Source: Candidatus Anstonellales archaeon
GTDB taxonomy: Archaea; Micrarchaeota; Micrarchaeia; Anstonellales; CG1-02-47-40
Direction of reading: 5' to 3'
DNA length: 64,000 nucleotides
Assembly (NCBI GenBank): GCA_038869735.1
Contig: JAWCQO010000003.1
Span: 22,353 to 86,352, forward strand
The position numbers and the translations under genes are program-made. Below the pieces are notes generated by a model. It was not told the DNA's origin and searched no databases. It was given only the letters and a program-made list of their open reading frames with translations. Each line of letters begins with the position of its first letter. Within the stretch, counting starts at the first letter, position 1. Of this stretch, positions 38,306 to 48,310 are shown piece after piece.

Positions 38306-39726
38306 GAGACAAAATAATTGAGCTGGCAAGAAAAAGCGGAGGACTCTTTTTTGCAAGCTCGATTGCTACTTTTTTCAACTTCCTCTTCGTTTTTTCCCTT
38401 GCACGCCTTCTTGGAGCAGCCGAATATGGATATATCCCCCTTGCGCGGGGAAGCCAACTCTTTATCGAAGCCTTTTTGGAGCTTGGACTTGCAGCAGCAT
38501 TAATAAAACGAATTTCAGAAAAACCAGCTTCGCTGGAAAAAGTAGTCGGTACTTCTCTTTCACTCAAACTGTTACTAGGGCTTTTTTCATCGCTCATCTT
38601 GATTTTTCTTTCCACGAAGCTATCCTCACCCTTAGACCTGTATATCCTTGCCATTTCCCCCTTTCCTCTTTTTTCATTTGCTTTTTCTAATATGCGTAGC
38701 ATTTATTCAGCGAAGATGGACCTTTTCAAAACTTCAATTCTTACAATATTACCTGATGCCCTCCGTTTTTTTCTTGGTCTTCTACTTTTTTTTGCAGGAT
38801 TTGGGGTCCTCTCAGGAATTCTTGGCTTTACATTCAGCGCTGCCGTTTCATTTGCAGTAGCTCTGCTCATCCTCTGGCGAGATAAATTACTGTCCTTTTC
38901 ATTTGATACGGAAGAGGCAAAACGCCAGCTTGCGATTGGCCTTTTTCTAAATACTCAGCAAATCTCAAACTACTTCTTTCCATCATTTGTTACGATTCTC
39001 TGTGCCCTCCTGCTTTCAATAGCAGACCTAAGTGTAGTTGCAGTCTCCATTTCTTTTGCATCACTTATTTATTTTTTCATATCCCCTCTTACTTCATTTT
39101 TTTACCCGTTTGCCTGCCAAAATAACCAAGAAGAGGGATTTTATCGATTTCTTAGCTTCCTCCTTAGATATTGGTTCTCATTCGTTATACTTTCAATTCT
39201 TGTGGTGTCTTTTGCGGCTGAGTTCATTTTTTCACTCCTTGGAAAGTCGTTTCTTTATGGAAGCAGAGTGTTTTTCTTGATTGCTATTGCCGTTTTTCTT
39301 GATTCCTTTAAATCTATATCTGATTACTACTTTTCAGCAATAGATAAATCAAAATTAATTGTTTTGGCAGAAGCCTCAAAGTTCGTATCATTCTTTGTCA
39401 TATTGCTCGCTCTCCTGTTTACTGGTGCTTCATTATCCATCTCAGATATTGCCTTGGCGATTCTTTTGTCTTTTGTATTGTCATTCCTAATTAGACTGTT
39501 TTGGATGTACAGCTCAACGCAAATTGAGCTAAGCCTAATAATAAAATCAGTTGCTATTTTCTTTGTTTTTGCGCTTATAGCCCTACATATACGCGACGTA
39601 AAAGTTGGTCTAATCTCATTAATAGCGGCCGCACTTGTTCTTTATCTTTCCGGCCTCATTACTAAAAAAGATTTTAGATACGCATTAGAAATTGCTGGAA
39701 TAAGAACATTTAAGCATGGAAGATAA
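38302..39726 (+). CDS. Second oligosaccharide flippase (Wzx/MOP family)
   Basis: ARLLGAAEYG, multi-TM; ATGA overlap with upstream stop. Confidence 0.83.
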   Translation: MRDKIIELARKSGGLFFASSIATFFNFLFVFSLARLLGAAEYGYIPLARGSQLFIEAFLELGLAAALIKRISEKPASLEKVVGTSLSLKLLLGLFSSLILIFLSTKLSSPLDLYILAISPFPLFSFAFSNMRSIYSAKMDLFKTSILTILPDALRFFLGLLLFFAGFGVLSGILGFTFSAAVSFAVALLILWRDKLLSFSFDTEEAKRQLAIGLFLNTQQISNYFFPSFVTILCALLLSIADLSVVAVSISFASLIYFFISPLTSFFYPFACQNNQEEGFYRFLSFLLRYWFSFVILSILVVSFAAEFIFSLLGKSFLYGSRVFFLIAIAVFLDSFKSISDYYFSAIDKSKLIVLAEASKFVSFFVILLALLFTGASLSISDIALAILLSFVLSFLIRLFWMYSSTQIELSLIIKSVAIFFVFALIALHIRDVKVGLISLIAAALVLYLSGLITKKDFRYALEIAGIRTFKHGR

Positions 39727-39728
39727 AC

Positions 39729-40463
39729 ATGAGGACAAAGCAAGCAGCAATCCTGGCAGGTGGCCTTGGAACACGCCTCAGGCCATTAACCCACAAAATA
39801 CCAAAGCCAATGATAGAAATTCACGGGAAGCCATTTTTGGAATACCAGCTCAAATATCTCAAAAAAGAAGGAATTAAAAAAGTTGTATTGCTAACCGGCT
39901 ACCTTCATGAGCAAATACGTTCATATTTTGGAGATTATTTTGAAGGTATAAAACTTACATATTCAATAGAGCAAAAACAGCTTGGAACAGCTGGTGCACT
40001 CAAAAAAGCAGAAAAGCTCCTTGAACAGACCTTCTTTGTTCTAAACGGAGACACCTATTTTCCGCTAAAACTTCATCGTCTTGAATCGTTCTTTCTCAAA
40101 AAGCCAAATGCAATAGGCGCTCTTTCTGCCTACTCTGGGAGAAGTAGAGTTGCTACCTACAACCTTCTAATTGAAAAATCTGGTTTGGTTCTTGCATATT
40201 CAAAAAATTCACCATCGACCAACTTTAATTCAGTGGATGCAGGAGCTTCCATCTTCAAAAAAGAGCTCTTGTCGTTTATAACCCACACTCCATGCTCGCT
40301 TGAAGATGAAATTTACCCAAAGCTTATTCACGACGGGTTGCTTTATGCAATCAAAACGTCTCTACGCTTCTATGATATAGGGACATTTAAGAGATTGGAC
40401 ATGGCAAAAAAATTCTTTAAAAGAAGTGTGATGGAACGTGATAATTTCAACAGCTCCCCTTAG
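39729..40463 (+). CDS. Sugar-1-phosphate nucleotidyltransferase, HddC-like (heptose-1-P guanylyltransferase by context)
   Basis: ILAGGLGTRLRP..PKPM, LGTAGAL, VLNGDTY, FYDIG; directly upstream of hddA/gmhA. Confidence 0.8.
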   Translation: MRTKQAAILAGGLGTRLRPLTHKIPKPMIEIHGKPFLEYQLKYLKKEGIKKVVLLTGYLHEQIRSYFGDYFEGIKLTYSIEQKQLGTAGALKKAEKLLEQTFFVLNGDTYFPLKLHRLESFFLKKPNAIGALSAYSGRSRVATYNLLIEKSGLVLAYSKNSPSTNFNSVDAGASIFKKELLSFITHTPCSLEDEIYPKLIHDGLLYAIKTSLRFYDIGTFKRLDMAKKFFKRSVMERDNFNSSP

Positions 40464-41427
40464 AATATCGCTCGGGGGAGGCGGAACGGACCTTCGTTCA
40501 TATTATTCGAAATTTGGAGGATTTGTATTAAGTGCAGCAATAAACAAATACGTTTATCTCCTTGTCCACAATCGATTTGACGGTATGATAAAAGCAAGCT
40601 ATGCAAAAATGGAAATTGTAGATTCTCCCAATAAGATTGAGCACCCTATAATTCGTGAAGCACTCAAAATGACTGGCATCAACAATTCAATTGAGATATT
40701 CTCTATGGCAGACATCCCTGCAAATTCAGGCCTTGGTTCCTCTTCCTCTTATACCGTCGCGCTCTTAAATGGTCTCTATGCTTTTAGAAAAAAGGAACTT
40801 ACTCCAGAAGAGCTTGCAGAAAAAGCATGCAAGTTAGAGATAGACATTCTTGGCCAGCCTATTGGAAAGCAAGACCAGTACATAGCTGCTTTTGGTAGTC
40901 TTTGTTCCTTTGAGTTTCTTCCTGATGAGTCGGTCAAAATTCAGAGACTCAACATCAGTACATCTACTCTGGAAGAGTTAGAAAAAAACCTTTGTCTTTT
41001 TTATACAGGCATCCAGCGAACCTCCACCGATATTCTATCCGAACAAAATAGCCAAACCGCAAAAAATGATCCGAAAGTACTTGCAAATCTTCACGAGATA
41101 AAAAACATCGGCTATGCACTTCGTGATTCAATACTTAGCGGAGACTTAGATTTTGTTGGTCGAGCCTTAGCTTTAAACTGGGAAAAAAAGCGGAATCTCT
41201 CAACAAAAATATCAAATGACCGCATAGATAAATGGTACGACATCGCCATCTCAGCAGGCGCCATGGGAGGAAAGCTTCTTGGGGCGGGAGGAGGCGGCTT
41301 TCTCCTTTTTTACTGTCATCAACAAAAACAGCCATCTCTTAAGAAAAGAATGAGAGCTGCAGGGCTTCGGGAGGTTAAGTTTAGTTTTTCAAGAATAGGG
41401 GCAAAACTATTTAGAAACTTCATATAA
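40438..41427 (+). CDS. hddA: GHMP kinase, heptose-7-phosphate 1-kinase-like
   Basis: APLRISLGGGGTD, P.NSGLGSSSS, GKQDQY, GGKLLGAGGGGF. Confidence 0.87.
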   Translation: MIISTAPLRISLGGGGTDLRSYYSKFGGFVLSAAINKYVYLLVHNRFDGMIKASYAKMEIVDSPNKIEHPIIREALKMTGINNSIEIFSMADIPANSGLGSSSSYTVALLNGLYAFRKKELTPEELAEKACKLEIDILGQPIGKQDQYIAAFGSLCSFEFLPDESVKIQRLNISTSTLEELEKNLCLFYTGIQRTSTDILSEQNSQTAKNDPKVLANLHEIKNIGYALRDSILSGDLDFVGRALALNWEKKRNLSTKISNDRIDKWYDIAISAGAMGGKLLGAGGGGFLLFYCHQQKQPSLKKRMRAAGLREVKFSFSRIGAKLFRNFI

Positions 41428-41438
41428 AACTAAATTAT

Positions 41439-42068
41439 ATGGCCATACCCTCAGATTCAGCTCAATTCAACTCAGAACAGTCTGCACTTCACTTCTTTAG
41501 CGAGCTAAAAAAAGCCCTAGATGGAGTTTCTCTATCAAGTTTGTTAGCAACTTGTGACGAGATTTTTAACTGTTGGAAGCGTGGGGGAGTCGTTTATGTG
41601 ATGGGGAATGGTGGGTCTGGCGCAACAGCAAGTCATTTTGTTTGCGATTTATCCAAATGGACAGCGTCAGAAGGAAAACTGCGTATAAAAGCGATATCCC
41701 TGAATGAAAACATGCCATTAATATCTGCAATCTCAAACGATATTGGATTTGATGCTGTCTATGTAGAACAGCTAAAGAACTATGACGTCGGAAAAAACGA
41801 TATCTTAATAGGATTCAGCACTCTTGGCTCAAGCCGCAGAGACAAACGTACTATCAGATCGAATAATCTTATAGAAGCACTAAAGTATGCAAAGTCAAAA
41901 GGGGCAAAAACTATTGGATTTATTGGCTTTGACGGTGGACTTATGAAAGATTTCTGTGACATTTCAATAATAGTTCCAGTAAATTCTGTGATTCATACTG
42001 AATCAGTTCACGTCTGTCTTTGTCATTTTATAGCACAAAATCTAAAACAAAGAATAAATAGTCTTTAG
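41439..42068 (+). CDS. gmhA: SIS-domain phosphoheptose isomerase-like, divergent
   Basis: GNGGSGATASHF, ISND.G.D, GF.GG, E..H...H; altered STSGNS motif with insertion. Confidence 0.75.
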   Translation: MAIPSDSAQFNSEQSALHFFSELKKALDGVSLSSLLATCDEIFNCWKRGGVVYVMGNGGSGATASHFVCDLSKWTASEGKLRIKAISLNENMPLISAISNDIGFDAVYVEQLKNYDVGKNDILIGFSTLGSSRRDKRTIRSNNLIEALKYAKSKGAKTIGFIGFDGGLMKDFCDISIIVPVNSVIHTESVHVCLCHFIAQNLKQRINSL

Positions 42069-43208
42069 TTACTCCCTCCCAAATTTATCGCTTTTCTTTT
42101 TTGTAACTTGCATATAAACATCCAAGTACTGCTTAGCACATTCATCCCATGAATAACTCTCCGCCACTCTTCTTCCCTCAATCCCCATTAACCTTGCCTT
42201 ATGCGGATTTGCAATCATCCACGTAATGCATCTTGCAAGTTCATGTGGAGTCGGTTTGCATAAAAGACCGGTAATGCCATTCCTAACCATTTCAGATACG
42301 CCGCCTACATCCGTAGCAACAACAGCTTTTCTTGAAGCCATAGCTTCCCATACAACTAAGCCAAGAGGCTCCTCTCTGGAAGGAAGAACAAAAATAGTGC
42401 ACTCTCTAAAAAGCTGACGTAACATCTCTCTCTTAACAAATCCTGGCATTTCTACCTTATCCTTAATTCCGAGTTTTTCTGCAAGAGAGATACATCTCTG
42501 CCTCTCCGGCCCATCACCAGTAATTATTAACTTAACATCAGGTGGTATATCCGCCAACGCAAAGGCTTTCAAAAGCAAATCAAATCCTTTTTTGTAGACA
42601 AACCTTCCTGTGGAATAAATAAACCTTTCAGGAAGCTTATGATTGGTAAAAGGTGCAGAATCAAACTCGGTTACATCTATCGCACTCCTTATTGGAAGTG
42701 CTCCATCTGTAAACCCCTCTTCATCAAGAAGCTTCTTTGCTATAAACTCCGAAACCGCAGTAACGGCCGAAGCGTTTCTTATAAGATATGTTCCAAAAAA
42801 CCACGATATCCACGAGCGCTTCATAAAAACAGCATCATTTCCATGAAAGGTAACTACAAAAGGAATATCTCTAAATAAGCTTATTGCAACGCAACTTGCA
42901 AGGGCATTTGAATGTGGAAAATGCACATTGATAACATCTGGATTTTCTTCCTTGATTATTTTTATTAGGGCAGGGATTGCCGTAAGTCCAAGTAACCATT
43001 TTGGGTTCAGCTGTGGCCTTATAAAAAAGAGCCGCTTTACTCGGATACCCCTAATCGTTTCCTCCTTAGGAAGTGTCGGTGGATTTCTTGCTGCAACAAC
43101 TAGCACTTCATGGCCCATCTTTTGAATATGTGACATTATTCTTTCAAGGCTATCCTCAAGCCCTCCAATTCTTGGAGCATACAGATCCGTAATGGCTATC
43201 ACTTTCAT
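42069..43208 (-). CDS. GT4 glycosyltransferase
   Basis: IGGLE, TFHG, GRFVYKKG, PSREEPLGLV.WEAMA, GG..E. Confidence 0.92.
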   Translation of the reverse strand: MKVIAITDLYAPRIGGLEDSLERIMSHIQKMGHEVLVVAARNPPTLPKEETIRGIRVKRLFFIRPQLNPKWLLGLTAIPALIKIIKEENPDVINVHFPHSNALASCVAISLFRDIPFVVTFHGNDAVFMKRSWISWFFGTYLIRNASAVTAVSEFIAKKLLDEEGFTDGALPIRSAIDVTEFDSAPFTNHKLPERFIYSTGRFVYKKGFDLLLKAFALADIPPDVKLIITGDGPERQRCISLAEKLGIKDKVEMPGFVKREMLRQLFRECTIFVLPSREEPLGLVVWEAMASRKAVVATDVGGVSEMVRNGITGLLCKPTPHELARCITWMIANPHKARLMGIEGRRVAESYSWDECAKQYLDVYMQVTKKKSDKFGRE

Positions 43209-43296
43209 AGTCTACACAACCATTCTTAATCAATGAAATAATCCTCCTTCATATAAAAACATAATCTATAAAATAACTTCATCCCAAAGACACCAT

Positions 43297-44262
43297 ATGC
43301 GAATTATTGTTATCGGAGGGGCAGGTTTTATAGGAAGCGAAATGGCAGGCTTCCTTATAGATAAAGGCCACCATGTCTCCGTAATTGACAATCTAAGGAC
43401 AGGAAAAGAAAGATATATTACTGAGGCAGGAAAAGGAAAGATAAATTTCATTTATGGGGATATCCTGAATTTACAAAAAGTTAGAGAAGCTATACGAGAA
43501 GTTGATGCTGTGTTTCACTTTGCGGCAAATGCAGACATACGAGGGGGAATGGAAAACACGTTTCTTGACCTAGAACAAAACCTAATCGGCACATATAATG
43601 TCTTAGAAGCTATGAGGCAGGAAGGGGTAAAAAAAATAGTTTTTGCATCTTCTTCTGGAATATATGGAGAACCTGAAAAAATTCCAACTCCAGAATCATA
43701 CGGACCTCTTTTTCCTACCTCTCTATATGGCGCAAGCAAACTCGGAGCCGAAGGCTACATTTCTGCGTTTTGTGAAGCATTCGGAATTCAAGCTTGGATC
43801 TTCCGTCTTGTAAACATAGTAGGCGCAAGAAACAGCCATGGAGTAATCGGAGATTTCATAAGAAAACTGAGAAAGAATCCACATAAACTTGAAATACTAG
43901 GAAACGGTAAACAGCAAAAATCTTATCTCCACGTAAGCGATTGCATTTCTGCAATATACTTCGCGTTTAACAAAGCTAATAACAAAATAAACGTCTTCAA
44001 TCTTGGGAATGAAGACACAATAAGCGTAAAGGAAGTTGCAGACATAGTATGCGAAGAAATGGGACTTAAAGATGTAACCTACTCCTATACAGGAGGTGAA
44101 CGAGGCTGGATTGGAGATGCTCCGACAGTCTTACTTTCAGTAGAAAAGTTAAAGCAACTCGGCTTTAAGTTCTCTGGAAACTCAGCAAGCGCCGTGAGAC
44201 GCGCAACAAGAGAAATGCTAAAAGAAACAGAGATATATGACAAAAAGAGAAGTGAAAGTTAA
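43297..44262 (+). CDS. NAD-dependent epimerase (archaeal GalE-like SDR)
   Basis: IGGAGFIG, FHFAAN, FASSS, YGASK, KSYLHV.D. Confidence 0.9.
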   Translation: MRIIVIGGAGFIGSEMAGFLIDKGHHVSVIDNLRTGKERYITEAGKGKINFIYGDILNLQKVREAIREVDAVFHFAANADIRGGMENTFLDLEQNLIGTYNVLEAMRQEGVKKIVFASSSGIYGEPEKIPTPESYGPLFPTSLYGASKLGAEGYISAFCEAFGIQAWIFRLVNIVGARNSHGVIGDFIRKLRKNPHKLEILGNGKQQKSYLHVSDCISAIYFAFNKANNKINVFNLGNEDTISVKEVADIVCEEMGLKDVTYSYTGGERGWIGDAPTVLLSVEKLKQLGFKFSGNSASAVRRATREMLKETEIYDKKRSES

Positions 44263-45216
44263 TTACACAAGTTTTTCCCACCATTCCCTATTTTTCTCAT
44301 ACCACTTTACAGTATCCGCCATTCCTTCCTCAAATCCTATTTTTCTCCTCCACCCTATTTTCTTTATCTTTTCAGAAGAAAGCGCATACCTAAAATCATG
44401 TCCCTTCCTATCAGCCACAGATTCTATCCATGTTTCGTCAAATCCCATCAATTGCGCCACCATCCGTGCCACTTCAATGTTTCTTCTCTCACACTCGCCC
44501 CCAATATTATAAATCTCACCTTTCTTTCCTTTTCTAATAACAAGCTCTATAGCTTCGCAGTTGTCATATACATGAATCCAGTCTCTTATCTGCTCTCCGC
44601 TTCCATAAAGAGGAATTTTTTTTCGTTGCAACAAATTAGTAATCATCTTTGGTATAAATTTCTCCGGATGCTGATAAGGTCCATAATTGTTTGAGCTCCT
44701 TGTAATAATCGTAAATAGACCGTACGTCCTATTGTAAGCTCTCACCAACATGTCCGCTGCAGCTTTGCTTGCAGAATATGGCGAATTTGGAAGAAGCGGA
44801 CTATCCTCGTTGAAGACTCCTTTATCTATGCTGCCATATACCTCGTCACTACTAATCTGCACAAATTTTTCTACATCCAATAACCTACAAGCTTCAAGAA
44901 GGCGTTGCGTACCAAGAACATCAGTCCTAACAAACTTCTCAGGGTCTTCTATACTTCTGTCTACATGGGTTTCAGCCGCAAAATTTACGGCGATGTTACA
45001 ATCCTTTAGTAACTTCTTTACAAGCCCAAAGTTGCAAATATCTCCACGTACAAACGAATAATTTTTGTTTTTCTCAAAATCCTTGCAGTTTTCCAAATTT
45101 CCTGCATAGGTCAGCTTATCAAGGTTTATAATCTCCCAGTCTCCGTGCTTTGCAAGTACTTTTCGTATGAAATTACTACCTATAAATCCAGCACCGCCAC
45201 TTACGAGAATCTTCAT
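44263..45216 (-). CDS. rfbB: dTDP-glucose 4,6-dehydratase
   Basis: Start ATG 45216 (MKILVSGGAGFIG); DKLTYAG, NFAAETHVDRS, SSDEVYG, YSASKA, SNNYGP.Q.PEK. Confidence 0.95.
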   Translation of the reverse strand: MKILVSGGAGFIGSNFIRKVLAKHGDWEIINLDKLTYAGNLENCKDFEKNKNYSFVRGDICNFGLVKKLLKDCNIAVNFAAETHVDRSIEDPEKFVRTDVLGTQRLLEACRLLDVEKFVQISSDEVYGSIDKGVFNEDSPLLPNSPYSASKAAADMLVRAYNRTYGLFTIITRSSNNYGPYQHPEKFIPKMITNLLQRKKIPLYGSGEQIRDWIHVYDNCEAIELVIRKGKKGEIYNIGGECERRNIEVARMVAQLMGFDETWIESVADRKGHDFRYALSSEKIKKIGWRRKIGFEEGMADTVKWYEKNREWWEKLV

Positions 45217-45288
45217 CTCAATGCCCAAGATATCTTTCTTATGAAAGTTATTAAAAATGCAAATGCCCCTAATTAAGAGGTTTTCTTT

Positions 45289-46371
45289 ATGAAAGGCGTG
45301 ATACTTGCCGGAGGGAAGGGCACGCGCCTTCGTCCTCTCACTCACAGTGGCGCCAAGCAGCTCATTCCTGTTGCAAATAAACCAATCATCTATTATGCGA
45401 TAGAAGATTTAGTCTCAGCAGGTATAACTGATATTGGAATAATTGTAGGCCACAGCCCAGAACGAATCCAGAGTATAAAAGATGGAATAGGGGACGAGTC
45501 AAAGTTTGGCGCAAGAATAACTTATATAGAACAAGAAGCACCTCTTGGTCTTGCCCATGCCGTTTTGTGCGCAAAAGATTTTGTCTCTGATGACCCCTTT
45601 GTAGTTTATCTTGGAGATAACATGCTTGAAAATGGTATCTCCCCATTTGTCAAGGCGTTTGAGAACTCTGACTCGGATGCCTCAATCCTCATCACTCCGG
45701 TTCAGGAACCAGAACTTTATGGTATAGCCTATCTTAACAGTAATGGAAACCTTATTAGAGTAGAGGAAAAACCAAAAAACCCCTCCTCAAATATGGCCAT
45801 AATCGGAGTCTACTTTTTTACAAAATCTATCTTTGAGGTTATCCCAAGAATAAAGCCTTCCAAAAGAGGTGAGCTTGAGATAACGGATGCAATACAAGAA
45901 CTAATAATGGCTGGTAAAAAGGTTACCTCATATATTGTAGACGGTTGGTGGGACGATACAGGTACGCCCAAATCAATTCTTTTGGTAAATAGCAAAGTCC
46001 TTGAAAGCGACAAGATTAAGTCAAAGAATGAAGGGGACGTAGACAAAGAAGCAATAATCGAAGGAAAAGTCTCTATCGGAAAAGGAACGAGAATAGGCCC
46101 GGGGTGCATCATAAAAGGGCCAACCGTAATAGGAGAAAACTGCCATATACACAACGCAAAGATAGGACCATACGTTAGCATAGGCAACGCATGCAGAATT
46201 GAGAACGCAAAGTTGTCCTGGTCCCTTATCCTTGACGGCGTTGAATTAGTCACAAATATCACATTTATAGATACTATAGTCGGAAAACATACTAGAATTG
46301 TTTCAAGATCCAAATCACCTCACCAACCGGCGCAGGTGATTATAGGAGAAAACTCAACAATCATATTATGA
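45289..46371 (+). CDS. rfbA: Glucose-1-phosphate thymidylyltransferase, long form
   Basis: ILAGG.GTRLRPLT...KQL, PLGLAHA, YLGDN, EEKP, RGELEITD, WW.DTG; LbH tail. Confidence 0.93.
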   Translation: MKGVILAGGKGTRLRPLTHSGAKQLIPVANKPIIYYAIEDLVSAGITDIGIIVGHSPERIQSIKDGIGDESKFGARITYIEQEAPLGLAHAVLCAKDFVSDDPFVVYLGDNMLENGISPFVKAFENSDSDASILITPVQEPELYGIAYLNSNGNLIRVEEKPKNPSSNMAIIGVYFFTKSIFEVIPRIKPSKRGELEITDAIQELIMAGKKVTSYIVDGWWDDTGTPKSILLVNSKVLESDKIKSKNEGDVDKEAIIEGKVSIGKGTRIGPGCIIKGPTVIGENCHIHNAKIGPYVSIGNACRIENAKLSWSLILDGVELVTNITFIDTIVGKHTRIVSRSKSPHQPAQVIIGENSTIIL

Positions 46372-46401
46372 AAATAATTTTTTTATAGGGGAGATATACT
46401 C

Positions 46402-47637
46402 ATGCGCGTCTGCATGTTCACAAGGACAGTGGCTCAGCAAGGCAAAGGAGGAGTAGAAGACCACATAAATATGCTTTGCCAAGGCCTTTCAAAAGAAGGG
46501 ATAGAGGTTGAAGTTATTACTACAAGCCATCCCAACAGCTTAGTATACGAAGAGATAAATGGCGTAAAATATCATTATGTGCCGGGTAGCCAACCAAAGC
46601 GGTATTCTCGGCAATGGTGGAAAAACTCCGCGAAGAAGTTTCTTGAACTCCACCTAAAAGAGCCATTTGACATTGTTCATTCTCAATCTGCAGGCGGTCT
46701 TGGCTTTGTTCTTGATAGTCAGTGCAGCTCACTTAAACTTCCTTTTGTCACTTCTCTTCATGGAACCACATATGATGAAATTCAGACGCAGTTAAATAAA
46801 CTTAAGAATCTATTAGAAGTTCGCACCATCTCTGATTTTTTTGATACATTAAAAATTTTTCCAAAACTTCTGTTTCAGCTTTATAATTACTTTTTTCTAG
46901 ATCCAAAATACCTCTCTAAATCAGACATAATAATCGCGACAAGCAATGAACAGAAAAAAATCCTTATAGAGACATTTGCGTTAGATACAAAAAAGATAAG
47001 GCTGGTTTACAATGCAGTAGATGAAAATCTTTTCTCTCCGTTGCCACGCCACTTAGCAGTACAAAAGACAGATTTACTTGGCTCACCTGTCCTTCTTTGC
47101 GTTGCTCGACTCGAGCGTGAAAAAGGAGTCCAAAACGCAATAATGGGATTGCATTCAATAATAAAAGAATACCCTACTGCATTACTCGTAGTAGTCGGAG
47201 ACGGAAGTTATCGTCCACGTTTAGAGTCTCTTGCAAGAGACTTAAACATCAATCATAATGTTAAATTCACCGGATTTGTTCCATATGAATCCCTTCCCTA
47301 TTATTTTTCATCCTGCGATATTTTTCTCAATCCAACCATACGCCAGAATGGTTATGATCTAACTGTTCTTGAAGCAATGTCCTGTGAACGACCAGTCATT
47401 GCATCGAATATAGGAAGCATGCCTACAGCTATATCAAATGGAATTGACGGCATCCTCATAAAACCAGGCTCGGCATCTGACCTTGCTCTTGCGGTGCTAG
47501 ACTTGCTAAAAAATAAAGAGAAGGCAGACAAAATAGGAAAAAATGCGCGCCAAAAAGTTCTTTCGCTCTTTTCATTAAAAAGCATGGTCTCAAGTACGGT
47601 TGCTATATATAAAGATGCTTTAGCGCAAGTGAGATAA
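46402..47637 (+). CDS. GT4 glycosyltransferase
   Basis: GGVE, SLHG, ARLEREKG, LEAMSC..PVI. Confidence 0.9.
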   Translation: MRVCMFTRTVAQQGKGGVEDHINMLCQGLSKEGIEVEVITTSHPNSLVYEEINGVKYHYVPGSQPKRYSRQWWKNSAKKFLELHLKEPFDIVHSQSAGGLGFVLDSQCSSLKLPFVTSLHGTTYDEIQTQLNKLKNLLEVRTISDFFDTLKIFPKLLFQLYNYFFLDPKYLSKSDIIIATSNEQKKILIETFALDTKKIRLVYNAVDENLFSPLPRHLAVQKTDLLGSPVLLCVARLEREKGVQNAIMGLHSIIKEYPTALLVVVGDGSYRPRLESLARDLNINHNVKFTGFVPYESLPYYFSSCDIFLNPTIRQNGYDLTVLEAMSCERPVIASNIGSMPTAISNGIDGILIKPGSASDLALAVLDLLKNKEKADKIGKNARQKVLSLFSLKSMVSSTVAIYKDALAQVR

Positions 47638-47641
47638 TAAT

Positions 47642-48310
47642 ATGGTCAACGGCCCTACCCTTTCCATCCCACCTTACTCAAATTATGGTTATAAGCACCC
47701 AGATGAAGCTGAAAGCACAACAAACAGGTTTGAATACCCTATAATTGTTAGTATGGTTAAGGAGGGCTCAACAGTTTTAGATATCGGATGTGGAGATGGC
47801 TCTCTTGGAAAGCTTTTGATTACTAAGGGATGCAAGGTCTTTGGTCTTGAGATAGATCCTAATGGCGTGGCTCAATCACAAAGAAAAGGGGTGGATGCAA
47901 AAATTTGCGATATTGAAAGCGGCTTACCCTATCCCGACAACTCGTTTGACTATGCAATAATAAACGTAACTCTTCAGATGCTTTATCGTCCACTATACGT
48001 TCTAGAAGAAGCAGTCAGAGTTTCTCAGAAGCAAGTTGTCAGCTTTCCAAATTTTGCTCACCTTCCCGCAAGAATTGAGATGCTTATCTACGGAAGGATG
48101 CCAAAAACAGCGCTCTTTGGTTATGAATGGTATAACACTAGACATATCCATCACATAACTTACAATGATTTCGTCTCCACCATCAAGAAACTAGGTTTAA
48201 AAATTTTAAAAGTAAAAACACTTGATCTTCGTGGCAGAAAGGAAGATTGGCTTTCGCGCTTCTTCCCCTCACTTTTCTGCGGAACAGCCATATTCCTTTT
48301 GGAGAAATGA
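47642..48310 (+). CDS. SAM-dependent methyltransferase, MetW-like
   Basis: VLDIGCGDG, D..I...TLQ, VSFPNFAH, WY.T..IH. Confidence 0.85.
   Translation: MVNGPTLSIPPYSNYGYKHPDEAESTTNRFEYPIIVSMVKEGSTVLDIGCGDGSLGKLLITKGCKVFGLEIDPNGVAQSQRKGVDAKICDIESGLPYPDNSFDYAIINVTLQMLYRPLYVLEEAVRVSQKQVVSFPNFAHLPARIEMLIYGRMPKTALFGYEWYNTRHIHHITYNDFVSTIKKLGLKILKVKTLDLRGRKEDWLSRFFPSLFCGTAIFLLEK

Noticed and set aside
47642-48310. Methionine biosynthesis gene metW
   Set aside because: No metX/metY nearby; coupled to GT4 and SDR genes, so a glycan methyltransferase is more plausible
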